Source: Candidatus Aminicenantales bacterium (GTDB lineage Bacteria > Acidobacteriota > Aminicenantia > Aminicenantales > Saccharicenantaceae). Taken from it: a stretch of DNA of 20,000 bases. Below are positions 1 to 9,046 of this stretch, in pieces. The notes beneath the pieces were generated by a model. The model had not been told where the DNA came from. It searched no databases and saw only the letters and a list, made by a program, of their open reading frames with translations. The stretch covers positions 117,340-137,339 of the forward strand of contig JBEKXF010000001.1 of assembly GCA_049512315.1 (NCBI GenBank). Reading direction: 5' to 3'. The translations under genes were made by a program, and so were the position numbers. Within the stretch, counting starts at the first letter, position 1; every line of letters begins with the position of its first letter.

Positions 1-924
1 CTGACGTGTTACGCCGTCGGCATCCATACCGCCTTTATTTATATCCGCGCGGAGTACGAAGCGATCGCCCAGAGGCTCGAGGCCGCGATCGAGGAGGCCC
101 GGCAGAAAGGATTCCTCGGCCCGGACATCTTCGGCTCCGGGTTCGGCCTCGACGTCTTGGTCCACAGGGGCGCCGGCGCCTACATCTGCGGAGAGGAAAC
201 CGCCCTCCTCGAATCCATCGAAGGAAAGCGAGGGATGCCCAGGCTGAAGCCGCCGTTCCCGGCGTCCGTCGGGCTTTTCCGCTCGCCGACGGTCATCAAC
301 AACGTCGAGACGATCGCCAACGTGCCTCTGATATTCCGATACGGCGCGGACTGGTTCGTCGCCCGGGGCTTGCCCAGGGACGGGGGGACGCGCATCTTCG
401 GGGTGAGCGGCGCCGTCAGAAAACCCGGCCTTTACGAGCTGCCCGTGGGAACTCCTCTCGGCAAGATCATCTATGAGTGGGCGGGCGGGCCGGCCGAGGG
501 ACAATCGATCAAGGCCGTCGTCCCGGGTGGCCTTTCGGCGCCGTTCCTTACGCCCGAAGAGATCGACGTTCCGATGGACTATGAATCGCTGGCCCGTGCC
601 AAGTCGATGCTGGGCTCGGCCGGTGTCATCGTCATCGGCGACCGGACGCCGATCATCGACGTCCTCCGGATCGTGGCCCGGTTCTACGCCCACGAATCCT
701 GCGGTCAGTGCACGCCCTGCCGGATCGGCACGACCTGGATCAGCAAGATCGCGGACCGGATCGGGGCCGGAGCCGGGACGTCGGGCGACCTCGATCTCAT
801 CCGCCACCTCGCGGAAGGAATGAAAGCCAAGACCCTGTGCCCGATGGGGGACGCGGCGGCCTTTCCCGTCCTGTCCATCGTCGAAAAATTCGGCCAGGAA
901 CTCGGGGAGGCGATTTCCCGGTGA
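1..924 (+). CDS. nuoF: NADH:quinone oxidoreductase subunit F (5'-truncated by window)
   Basis: Frame open from base 1 (LTCYAVGIHTAFIYIRAEY...). Contains GAGAYICGEETALLESIEGKRGMPRLKPPFP and the N3 cluster motif ESCGQCTPCRIG...LCPMG. Confidence 0.96.
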   Translation: MTCYAVGIHTAFIYIRAEYEAIAQRLEAAIEEARQKGFLGPDIFGSGFGLDVLVHRGAGAYICGEETALLESIEGKRGMPRLKPPFPASVGLFRSPTVINNVETIANVPLIFRYGADWFVARGLPRDGGTRIFGVSGAVRKPGLYELPVGTPLGKIIYEWAGGPAEGQSIKAVVPGGLSAPFLTPEEIDVPMDYESLARAKSMLGSAGVIVIGDRTPIIDVLRIVARFYAHESCGQCTPCRIGTTWISKIADRIGAGAGTSGDLDLIRHLAEGMKAKTLCPMGDAAAFPVLSIVEKFGQELGEAISR

Positions 925-2420
925 ACGGAAAAGGAATGGTCACCATCCAGATCGACGGCAGGACCATGCAGGTCCCGACCGGGACGACCGTCCTCAAGGT
1001 TGCGGATCAGGCGGGCATCGTCATCCCCCGCTTCTGCTATCACCCGGCCTTCGAGCCAGAGGGCAGCTGCCGGATGTGCCTGGTCGAGATTGAAGACCTT
1101 CCCAAACTCGATCTGGCCTGCTCGACGGTCGTCCGGGAGGGGATGAACGTCTGGACCTCGACGCCGAAGGTCCTCCAGGCCCGCAAGAACGTCCTCGAAT
1201 TCCTCCTGGCCGACCATCCCCTCGACTGCCCGATCTGCGACAAGGCGGGCGAGTGCTTCCTCCAGGATTACTACGACAAGCACGGCCGCTACGCCAGCCG
1301 GTTCCTGGAGGCGAAAGAAAAGAAAGAAAAGAAGATTCCGATCGGGAAGAGGCTCCTCCTGGACCGGGAGCGGTGCGTCCTCTGTACCCGCTGTGTCCGG
1401 TTCCTCCGGCGCGTGACCGGGACCGGGGAGTTGGGTGTCTTCGAGCGTTCAGTCAAGGCCGAGATCGGGATCGATGAAGGAACAGAGATCGTGAACAATT
1501 ACTCCGGGAACCTGGTCGACATCTGCCCGGTCGGCGCCATCACGGATGGCGACTTTCGGTTCAAGACCAGGGTCTGGTTCCTGGAGAAGGGGAGAACGGT
1601 CTGTCCGCGCTGCAGCCGGGGCTGCAACATCGTCGTCCAGTCCGTCCGCAATTATCCGCTTTCCGGCAGGCAGAGGAGGATCTACCGTATCGTCCCCGCC
1701 GAGAACCAGGATGTGAATGGCTACTGGATCTGTGATTTTGGCCGCTTCGGGTATCACGATATCGAGGACAACCGGTTGACGGCCATCGCCGTGAACAGGG
1801 GAGGCCCCGCGGAGGGGCGGCCCCACAGCTGGGAGGATATCGTGAAAGGGTTGGCCGCCGAGATCCGCGCTCTGGTCGACGCCGGCCGGGCCTCGAGCCT
1901 GGCCGTGATTTTGACGAGCTCCCTGACCAATGAGGAGCTGGCGGCCTGCCGGAAGCTTTTCGCGGACGCTCTGGGCGTCCGGAGCATCTTCTTCGCCGAC
2001 CCGAAGCCCGGCAAGGCCGACGGCTATCTCCTCACCGCGGACAGGACCCCGAACGGAAGCGGCGCGGCGGCGCTCGGGTTTTCGCCTGGGCTTCCGGAGC
2101 TGGAGAAGCTGGCCGGGGCCCCTGACCTTCTGATCATCTTCGGCCCTCACCTGCTGGAACATTACCCCGCCGAGAGACTCGCCGATTCCTTGAAGGGAAT
2201 AAGGAGAAAATACCTGCTCGCGGCCCACAGGAGCGGGCTGGACGCTCTGGCCGATATCGTCCTGCCGACCGCCCACCCGGCGGAAAAAAAAGGGTCCTTC
2301 ACCAACGTCAAGGGAACCGCCCAGTCTTTCGAGTGCGCCGTAAAGCCCCCCCGCGGCTGCCTCCCGGAAGGCGAGATCCTGAGCCGCCTGGCCGCCGAGC
2401 TCGGGGTGGAGCTGGAATAG
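921..2420 (+). CDS. nuoG: NADH:quinone oxidoreductase subunit G (short, ~500 aa)
   Basis: GTG at 921 overlaps the nuoF stop (GTGA); alternative ATG at 936. Fe-S motifs IPRFCYH..GSCRMCLVE..LAC, HPLDCPICDKAGECFLQD, CVLCTRCVRF..DICPVGAI and CPRCSRGC..WIC, then a molybdopterin-oxidoreductase-like C-terminus. Confidence 0.92.
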   Translation: MNGKGMVTIQIDGRTMQVPTGTTVLKVADQAGIVIPRFCYHPAFEPEGSCRMCLVEIEDLPKLDLACSTVVREGMNVWTSTPKVLQARKNVLEFLLADHPLDCPICDKAGECFLQDYYDKHGRYASRFLEAKEKKEKKIPIGKRLLLDRERCVLCTRCVRFLRRVTGTGELGVFERSVKAEIGIDEGTEIVNNYSGNLVDICPVGAITDGDFRFKTRVWFLEKGRTVCPRCSRGCNIVVQSVRNYPLSGRQRRIYRIVPAENQDVNGYWICDFGRFGYHDIEDNRLTAIAVNRGGPAEGRPHSWEDIVKGLAAEIRALVDAGRASSLAVILTSSLTNEELAACRKLFADALGVRSIFFADPKPGKADGYLLTADRTPNGSGAAALGFSPGLPELEKLAGAPDLLIIFGPHLLEHYPAERLADSLKGIRRKYLLAAHRSGLDALADIVLPTAHPAEKKGSFTNVKGTAQSFECAVKPPRGCLPEGEILSRLAAELGVELE

Positions 2421-2424
2421 CGGC

Positions 2425-3501
2425 ATGACCGACGATCTCATCGTCCTCATCAAGGTCGTCCTGGCCCTGACCTGGACGATGCTCCTCGCTCTCATCCTGA
2501 CCTGGGTCGAGAGAAAGGAAAGCGCGGTCATGCAGGACCGCATCGGCGCGAACCGGGCCTCGATCTTCGGCCTGCGCGCCTTCGGCCTCTTCCAGCCGTT
2601 CGCCGACGCCATCAAGATGATCTTCAAGGAAGATTTCGTGCCCTCGTTCTCGGAGCGGACCCTCCACACGCTCGCGCCCTTCCTGTCCTTTTTCTTCGTG
2701 GCCGTGACCGTCGTGGCCGTTCCTTTCGGGGACGCGATCACGCTGGGCGGCCGGCGGATCATGCTCCAGGTCGCCGACTTCAACGCGGCCCTCCTCTTCG
2801 TCCTGGCCATGCTCGGCCTCGGGATCTACGGCATCCTGGTCGGCGGCTGGGCTTCAAACAACCGGTTCGCCCTCCTGGGGAGCCTCCGGGGGGCCGCCCA
2901 GCTCATTTCCTACGAGGTGGCCCTGGGGCTCTCGCTTGTCGGCCTGATCATGGTCTTCCCGTCCCTTCGGCTCTCGGAGATCGTCCGGTTCCAGGGAGGA
3001 CTCCTGTTCGGTTTCCTCCCGAAGTGGGGGATCTTCATCCAGCCGCTGGGCTTCGCGGCCTTCTTCCTTGCGGCCCTGGCCGAGACCAAGCGGGTGCCCT
3101 TCGACCTTCCGGAAGGCGAGTCTGAGATCATCGGCTTTTTCGCCGAATACAGCGGCCTCAAATGGGGCCTTTTCATGATGACGGATTTCCTCGAGGTTAT
3201 CGTCGTCTCCTGCCTGGCGACGACGCTGTTCTTCGGGGGCTGGCAGGTCCCTTGGCTCGGGGCCGGCGGATTCCAGTTCCCCTGGGGCGGAGCCTGGCGG
3301 CTGCCCTCCTGGTTCGTCACGGCGCTCCAGGTCGGGGCCTTCAACCTCAAGGTCTTATTCTTCTGCTGGCTCCAGGTCCTCATCCGCTGGACCTATCCCC
3401 GATTCCGTTATGACCAGGTCATGGATTTCGGCTGGAAATTCCTGGTCCCGCTGGGCGCGGTCAATATCCTCGTGACGGGGCTCATCCTGGTTTTGAAGTA
3501 G
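2425..3501 (+). CDS. nuoH: NADH:quinone oxidoreductase subunit H
   Basis: Multi-TM protein with ERKESAVMQDRIGANR, QPFADAIKMIFKE, AETKRVPFDLPEGESE and RWTYPRFRYDQVM motifs. Confidence 0.96.
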   Translation: MTDDLIVLIKVVLALTWTMLLALILTWVERKESAVMQDRIGANRASIFGLRAFGLFQPFADAIKMIFKEDFVPSFSERTLHTLAPFLSFFFVAVTVVAVPFGDAITLGGRRIMLQVADFNAALLFVLAMLGLGIYGILVGGWASNNRFALLGSLRGAAQLISYEVALGLSLVGLIMVFPSLRLSEIVRFQGGLLFGFLPKWGIFIQPLGFAAFFLAALAETKRVPFDLPEGESEIIGFFAEYSGLKWGLFMMTDFLEVIVVSCLATTLFFGGWQVPWLGAGGFQFPWGGAWRLPSWFVTALQVGAFNLKVLFFCWLQVLIRWTYPRFRYDQVMDFGWKFLVPLGAVNILVTGLILVLK

Positions 3502-3508
3502 GCTGAGC

Positions 3509-3976
3509 ATGAAAAAAGGCTGGGTCGTCTTCAAGGAGCTCCTGAGGGGGAGCTGGATCACCGCCCGGCATTTCATGGTCAACATGGGATTCCACACCCT
3601 AAAGCTCTTCGGTATCAAGACCCGGAGGAAGGGGGCCGTGACTATCCAATACCCGGACGAGGTCAAGCCCCTCTCGCCCCGCCATAAGAGCCTCCACCGG
3701 ATCCTGCGGCGGGAGAACGGCCTGCCCCAGTGCGTGGCCTGCATGATGTGCGCCACGGTCTGCCCTTCCGAATGCATCTTCATCGAGGCGGGGGAGACCG
3801 ACGACCCCGAGATCCAGAAATACCCGACGAGCTTCGTCATCGACCTCAACCGCTGCTGTTTTTGCGGATTCTGCGTCGAGGCCTGTCCCGTGGACGCCAT
3901 CCGGATGGACACGGGAGAGATCCGCTTGGCGTCGACGAGCCGGGCCGGCCTCGAATACCCGCTGGACAAGTTATGA
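3509..3976 (+). CDS. nuoI: NADH:quinone oxidoreductase subunit I
   Basis: VTIQYPDE motif and two 4Fe-4S motifs (CVACMMCATVCP, CCFCGFCVEACP); follows nuoH. Confidence 0.93.
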   Translation: MKKGWVVFKELLRGSWITARHFMVNMGFHTLKLFGIKTRRKGAVTIQYPDEVKPLSPRHKSLHRILRRENGLPQCVACMMCATVCPSECIFIEAGETDDPEIQKYPTSFVIDLNRCCFCGFCVEACPVDAIRMDTGEIRLASTSRAGLEYPLDKL

Positions 3977-4833
3977 TCCCTTCCGGCGAGAACGTCAAAA
4001 TCGGCGAATTCGAGATCATCCGCCTTGTGGACGGGACTTTCCTCGTCGACGGCGGGGCCATGTTCGGGGTCGTTCCCAGGACCCTATGGGAGAAGCGGGC
4101 GGTCCCGGACCGAGAGAATCGGATCGCCCTGGCCCTCAGCTGTTACCTGATCAAGGGGCCGGGCTCGACGGTTCTGGTGGAGACGGGCGTCGGTCCGGAC
4201 GTCGAGAGGCGACACGTCGATTTCTATTCTTTCCGGCGCGAGCCCGGGCTTTTCGGGCTTCTCCAAAAGATCGGGATCCGGCCGCAGGACGTGGACGTCG
4301 TCGTCAACTCCCACCTTCACTTCGACCACTGCGGGGGGAACACGGTCCGGGCCGGAGAGAAGGAATGGCAGGCGGCCTTCCCGAGGGCCCGCTATGCCGT
4401 CCAGCGGGGTGAGTGGGAGCAGGCCCTTCACCCGGACGAACGGGACAGGCCGAGCTATATCCCGGCGCGTCTCAAGTCCCTAGAAAAAAGCGGCGCCCTG
4501 GATCTCCTCGAAGGCGACGCCGTCATCCGGGACGGTGTTGAGGCTGTCCTCATCCCCGGCCACACGGCCTTCCATCAGGGTCTGAAAGTCACGTCCCGCG
4601 GCCGGACGTTCTTTTATTTCGGCGACACGGTGCCCACCTCGGCGCACATCGACCTTCCCTATATCATGAGCTACGATCTCTTTCCGGTCGAGACCTTCAA
4701 CAACAAGAAGAAGCTCTATGAACAGGCCGTGGCGGAGGACTGGGTCGTTGCCTTCAGCCACGACGTCCGCCAGGCCTTCGGGACGATGCGCAAGGCCGGA
4801 CGCGGGTACGAATTCATCCCCCTCTCCCGATAG
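3973..4833 (+). CDS. Metallo-beta-lactamase-fold hydrolase (YtnP-like)
   Basis: ATGA overlap with the nuoI stop. DGGAMFGVVPRTLW, SHLHFDHCGG (HxHxDH), PGHT, GD and HD motifs. Confidence 0.88.
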   Translation: MIPSGENVKIGEFEIIRLVDGTFLVDGGAMFGVVPRTLWEKRAVPDRENRIALALSCYLIKGPGSTVLVETGVGPDVERRHVDFYSFRREPGLFGLLQKIGIRPQDVDVVVNSHLHFDHCGGNTVRAGEKEWQAAFPRARYAVQRGEWEQALHPDERDRPSYIPARLKSLEKSGALDLLEGDAVIRDGVEAVLIPGHTAFHQGLKVTSRGRTFFYFGDTVPTSAHIDLPYIMSYDLFPVETFNNKKKLYEQAVAEDWVVAFSHDVRQAFGTMRKAGRGYEFIPLSR

Positions 4834-4859
4834 GCCGGGTCGGGCCGGGGCGAAAAAGG

Positions 4860-4888
4860 TTGACATTTCGACCGCGGCTTCTTATGAT
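4860..4888 (+). promoter_or_regulatory. sigma70-type promoter for malic enzyme
   Basis: TTGACA (4860-4865), 17-bp spacer, TATGAT (4883-4888); AGGAGG RBS at 4925-4930. Confidence 0.8.
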
Positions 4889-4937
4889 GGCTCTCCCATC
4901 TTTTGATGGCCTGTCCATATCATCAGGAGGTTCGTTC

Positions 4938-6290
4938 ATGAAGAAAGTCACCGTTGAAGAGCTGTTGGCCAAAGCCCAGCAGCCTTCCCTGGACGCCCCG
5001 AGGCTCCACAAGTTCTACAAGGGCAAGATGGGCGTCGCTCTGAAGTGCCGTGTCCGCGATTTCAACGATTTCGCGATCTGGTACACGCCCGGCGTCGCCG
5101 CGGTCTGTAAAGAGATCGCCGCCGACAAACAGAAAGTCTACGAGTACACGAACAAATGGAACTCCGTGGCCGTGATCAGCGACGGCACGCGCGTGCTCGG
5201 TCTGGGGGACATCGGCCCTGAGGCGGGCCTGCCCGTTATGGAAGGGAAGGGGATTCTTTATAAGTATCTCGGCGGCGTCGACGCCTTCCCCATCTGTCTC
5301 GATGAGAAGGACCCCGACAAGCTCATTGACATCTGCCGGGCCCTCCAGCCGTCCTTCGGCGGCTTCAACCTCGAGGACATCGCCCAGCCCAAGTGTTTCA
5401 GGATCCTCGACACCCTCCGCGAGCAGTGCGAGATCCCGGTCTGGCACGACGACCAGCAAGGCACGGCCTGCGTCACTGTGGCCGGACTGATCAATGCCCT
5501 CAAGATCGTCAAGAAGGATATCGCCGAGGCCAAATGCACCGTCGTCGGGTCCGGCGCCTCGGGCATCAACATCGCCAAAATGATCATGGTCGCCGGGGCC
5601 AACCCCGCCAACATGCTCTCGGTCGACTCCAAGGGCATCCTGTCCCGCAACCGGGCCGACAAGGAAACCCTCCAGGCGAAGTTTAAGGAGAAATGGGACC
5701 TCTGCCTGCGGACCAACCCGCTCGGCAAACAGGGCACCATGGCCGACGCCATCAAAGGCGCCGACGTGCTCATCTGCTGTTCGACACCCGGCCCCGGGAC
5801 CGTCAAACCCGAGTGGGTCAAGACCATGGCCCCCAACGCCATCGTCTTCGCCGAGGCCAACCCGGTGCCCGAGATCTGGCCTTGGGAGGCCAAGGAGGCC
5901 GGCGCCCGTATCGTCGCCACCGGCCGGTCCGACTTCCCCAACCAGGTCAACAACTCCTTGGGCTTCCCCGGCATCTTCCGCGGCGCACTCGACGTCCGGG
6001 CCAAGACGATCACGGACGAGATGTGCATCGCCGCGGCCCGCGAGCTGGCCAAGGTCGCCGAGGACAAGGGCATCCACGAAGACTACATCATCCCCAATAT
6101 GGACGAGTGGGAGGTCTTCCCCCGCGAGGCCGTGGCCGTCGGCAGCAAGGCTATCGAGCAGGGCGTCGCCCGCTTCAATTTCCCGGCCGAAGAGCGATTC
6201 AAGATGGCTGACGAGTCCATCCGGGCCGCCCGCGACGAGGTCCAGCGGAAGATGAAGGAAGGTATCATCATCGACCCGGACAAGAAGTGA
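4938..6290 (+). CDS. NAD(P)-dependent malic enzyme (short form, no PTA domain)
   Basis: ATG at 4938 after [58 protein letters not shown] and [13 protein letters not shown] motifs. Confidence 0.94.
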   Translation: MKKVTVEELLAKAQQPSLDAPRLHKFYKGKMGVALKCRVRDFNDFAIWYTPGVAAVCKEIAADKQKVYEYTNKWNSVAVISDGTRVLGLGDIGPEAGLPVMEGKGILYKYLGGVDAFPICLDEKDPDKLIDICRALQPSFGGFNLEDIAQPKCFRILDTLREQCEIPVWHDDQQGTACVTVAGLINALKIVKKDIAEAKCTVVGSGASGINIAKMIMVAGANPANMLSVDSKGILSRNRADKETLQAKFKEKWDLCLRTNPLGKQGTMADAIKGADVLICCSTPGPGTVKPEWVKTMAPNAIVFAEANPVPEIWPWEAKEAGARIVATGRSDFPNQVNNSLGFPGIFRGALDVRAKTITDEMCIAAARELAKVAEDKGIHEDYIIPNMDEWEVFPREAVAVGSKAIEQGVARFNFPAEERFKMADESIRAARDEVQRKMKEGIIIDPDKK

Positions 6291-6344
6291 CGGCGGCCTG
6301 ATCCCGCCGGGTCCGGGGTCCGCCGAAGCGGAATGGAGAGAGCC

Positions 6345-6379
6345 GAAGCGGGGGACGAGGGTTCCCCTTCTTCTTTTTT
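6345..6379 (+). terminator. Probable intrinsic terminator after malic enzyme
   Basis: GGGGA-7 nt-TCCCC stem, extendable by GAA/TTC, followed by TTCTTTTTT. Confidence 0.6.
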
Positions 6380-6387
6380 CAAGGCGA

Positions 6388-6416
6388 TTGACAAGCGGAA
6401 AATCTTGTGATATAAA
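6388..6416 (+). promoter_or_regulatory. Strong sigma70-type promoter for the lipoprotein/LDT operon
   Basis: TTGACA (6388-6393), 17-bp spacer, extended -10 TGaTATAAA (hexamer at 6411-6416). Confidence 0.78.
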
Positions 6417-6684
6417 ACTCGCAAGTTTGAATTGCATATACGCTAGGTCGTATCGAAAAACCAGTGATACCGAGATGAGAGAGAATACGGAAGCTTCATT
6501 CTTAGAAGACCTCCATCCTCCGTAATCTGTTTTTCAAGCCATCGTCGATAAAACGCTCCCGAAGAGGGTATTCCTCGAGGGGGGAAGAAAGGATGGAGAG
6601 GAGGTGGGAATCGTCGGGGATCCGGACAAGCAAGGTCATCAGATGAAGGAATCCATTCAAATAATCCTAAAAGGAGGACACGTT

Positions 6685-7281
6685 ATGAAAAGCACGATGA
6701 GAATCCTGGCGCTGGCCGTGGTCGTCATGTTCGCGTTCACGAGCTGCGCCAAACAACCCACTCAGCAGATGGATGCGGCCAAGGCCGCGATCCAGGCCAT
6801 TGAGGGCATGAAGGGCAATGTCTACGCCAAGGACGAGCTGAGCAAGCTCAAGACCGATCTCCAGGCCGCTTTGGACGAAGTGACCGCCCAGTCGAAGAAG
6901 TTCTTCAAGAAGTACGGCCCGGCCAATGAGATGCTGGCCAAGGTCATCGCGGACGCCGACGCCGTGAAAGCCCAAATCCCGGGACGGATCGAGGAAGCGA
7001 AAAAGGCCGCCGAAGCCGCGATGAACGAAGCCAAGGCCGCCTATGACGGCGCCAAGGCCCTCCTCGAGAAGGCCCCCAAGGGCAAGGGCACCAAGGCCGA
7101 CATCGAAGCCATGAAGGCCGACCTTGGCGGGCTCGAGCCCCAGATGACCGAGATCCAGAACGCCATCGCGGCCGAGGATTATTTCGGCGCCAAGGATAAG
7201 GCCATGGCCGTCAAGGACAAGGCCGCCGCCATCGCCGATCAGGTCCAGAAGGCCATCGACAAGGTCAAGGGCAAGAGATAA
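6685..7281 (+). CDS. Ala/Lys-rich alpha-helical lipoprotein (DUF4398-like)
   Basis: ATG at 6685 after AAGGAGG (6671-6677). Signal peptide ends in lipobox FTS-C. The mature part is amphipathic helical and ends in DKVKGKR. Confidence 0.85.
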   Translation: MKSTMRILALAVVVMFAFTSCAKQPTQQMDAAKAAIQAIEGMKGNVYAKDELSKLKTDLQAALDEVTAQSKKFFKKYGPANEMLAKVIADADAVKAQIPGRIEEAKKAAEAAMNEAKAAYDGAKALLEKAPKGKGTKADIEAMKADLGGLEPQMTEIQNAIAAEDYFGAKDKAMAVKDKAAAIADQVQKAIDKVKGKR

Positions 7282-7302
7282 GAAGAAGATTCTTCCGCGA
7301 AG

Positions 7303-8391
7303 TTGAAGGTTCTTCAAACAGCCCTGCTTTTCCTGGCTGTTTTTCTTGCCAGCTGTCAACTTCCACCGGCTCCTCCGGAGGTCCGGCGCTCCGATGTCCA
7401 GGAGCAAGACCTCTGGAGAGCCGGTGCTTCTGTTTTCGCCAGCCAGGATTACTCTGCTTACCTCGACACGTTGAGGGCGGCCCGCCGGAGGTTCGATCAG
7501 GAGAACCTCAAGCTGGGTTGGGCCAGGGATTACGGACCCGTCCGACGGGATTTCCAGACCGTCCTCGAATCCGGAGAAGCCCTCCTGGCCAAGGTCCAGG
7601 CGCTGAAGGCCGAGAAGCAGTCTTCCCTTGCCGAAGGCGCCCGGAACGTCCGGGCCAAGATGATGATGCTCAAGGATATCACTCTCTCTTTGACCGAGCG
7701 CGGGAGGGCACGGGAAGAGCTGGCCCAGGCGGAGGTCTACCTCCATGAGGCGGATTCCCTGATGGGCCAGGCGAAATTTGATGAGGCCTCTCGTCGGCTT
7801 TCCCAGGCCGGCGATTGCGTCAAGGAAGCGGAGACTGCGGTGGTCGCCTTCATCGGGCGCTACCTCGACAAAAAGCAGGTTGATATCTGGAAAAAATGGA
7901 CCGAAGAAACGATCGCCGAGTCCCGGGCCAGGGGGACCATCGCTCTCATCGTCAGCAAGCTGGAGAGGCGCTTGACCGTCTACAAGGGCGGCCAGGCCTA
8001 CCGGAGTTATCCCGCGGGCTTCGGGTTCAACGGACTTTCGAACAAGCTGCACGCCGGGGATAACGCCACGCCGGAAGGCCGCTATCATATCATCCAGAAA
8101 ATCGCGTCGAGCCAGTATTACAAGGCCCTCCTCATCGATTACCCCAACGAGGAGGACAGGCGGAGGTTCGCCAGAGAGAAGAACCGAGGAGCGATCCCGA
8201 CAACGATCGGCATCGGCGGGGATATCGAGATCCACGGCGGCGGCCCGGACAGCCTGACCCGGGGCTGTATCTCCATGGACAACGACAAGATCGACGAGCT
8301 CTTCGGTCTGGTGTCCGTCGGGACGGCGGTCACGATCGTCGGGACCAACGAGATGGAAAACTACGTCATCCGGGCCCTCAGGAAGAACTGA
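7303..8391 (+). CDS. Lipoprotein: helical N-domain plus YkuD-family (YafK/DpaA-like) domain
   Basis: TTG start and lipobox LAS-C. C-terminal domain has KLHAGDNATPEGRY, SQYYKALLIDYPNEED and GGDIEIHGG..SLTRGCISM (catalytic His/Cys). Confidence 0.85.
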   Translation: MKVLQTALLFLAVFLASCQLPPAPPEVRRSDVQEQDLWRAGASVFASQDYSAYLDTLRAARRRFDQENLKLGWARDYGPVRRDFQTVLESGEALLAKVQALKAEKQSSLAEGARNVRAKMMMLKDITLSLTERGRAREELAQAEVYLHEADSLMGQAKFDEASRRLSQAGDCVKEAETAVVAFIGRYLDKKQVDIWKKWTEETIAESRARGTIALIVSKLERRLTVYKGGQAYRSYPAGFGFNGLSNKLHAGDNATPEGRYHIIQKIASSQYYKALLIDYPNEEDRRRFAREKNRGAIPTTIGIGGDIEIHGGGPDSLTRGCISMDNDKIDELFGLVSVGTAVTIVGTNEMENYVIRALRKN

Positions 8392-8392
8392 G

Positions 8393-9040
8393 ATGTGGTG
8401 GAAAAGACTGCTCATCGCCATCCTGGCCATGGCCTACCTCGAGGTCCTGGTCGTGGTCGGCGTATCGTACTATTCCGGGCTGAGGCAGGCCTCGGCCTGG
8501 CCGCCGCAAAACGCCGCGGCGGCCGTCGCGGACAGGGACATCCCGAGAGTTCAGAGAAACGTCCAGGCCCTTGAGAAAAAAATCGTGGCCCTCCAGGCGA
8601 AAGGACTCTACATCGTCGTCGACACCGGGGAAAACGAACTTTATGTCAAGAAGGGGTCCGAGATCGTCCGGCAGGCCGTCGTTTCCTGCGGCAGCGGGGA
8701 CGTTCTCGCGGACCCTGGCGGCAAGCGGAAGTGGGTTTTTGACACGCCGCGAGGGGAGTTCGCGGTGAAGTCCAAGATCAAGAATCCTTATTGGGTCAAG
8801 CCCGACTGGGCGTTCATCGAAGAGGGCGAGCCCATCCCCAAGAACCAGGATGACCGCGTGGAAGGAGGAAGCCTGGGGGACTATGCCCTTGGCTTCGGAG
8901 ACGGCTATTTCATCCATGGGACCCTTTACACCCGCCTCCTCGGCAGGAACGTGACCCACGGTTGCGTCAGGGTTGGGGACGACGACCTCAAGGAGATCTT
9001 CAAGATCGTGCCTTTGGGGGCGAAAATTTACATCTACTGA
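8393..9040 (+). CDS. L,D-transpeptidase (YkuD/ErfK family), N-terminal membrane anchor
   Basis: Hydrophobic N-terminus and short coiled coil, then YIVVDTGENEL, TPRGEF, NPYW and FIHGTLYTRLLGRNVTHGCVRV. Confidence 0.9.
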   Translation: MWWKRLLIAILAMAYLEVLVVVGVSYYSGLRQASAWPPQNAAAAVADRDIPRVQRNVQALEKKIVALQAKGLYIVVDTGENELYVKKGSEIVRQAVVSCGSGDVLADPGGKRKWVFDTPRGEFAVKSKIKNPYWVKPDWAFIEEGEPIPKNQDDRVEGGSLGDYALGFGDGYFIHGTLYTRLLGRNVTHGCVRVGDDDLKEIFKIVPLGAKIYIY

Positions 9041-9046
9041 AAGACC

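Noticed and set aside
6291..6351. Short GC hairpin and GCCGAAGCGG direct repeat as a CRISPR or REP array
   Set aside because: Only two 10-nt copies 20 bp apart; no array structure or cas genes.
708..6684. Extended ORF-track starts at 708, 3730, 4860 and 6604 (also 15052 and 18616)
   Set aside because: They overlap upstream genes, promoters or the tRNA, or lack an RBS; downstream starts with an RBS or stop/start overlap fit the family N-termini.
4923..8430. Long minus-strand ORFs 4923-6437 and 6667-8430 (similarly 1449-2810)
   Set aside because: Antisense shadows of well-supported + strand genes with no recognisable motifs; stop codons are scarce in GC-rich DNA.
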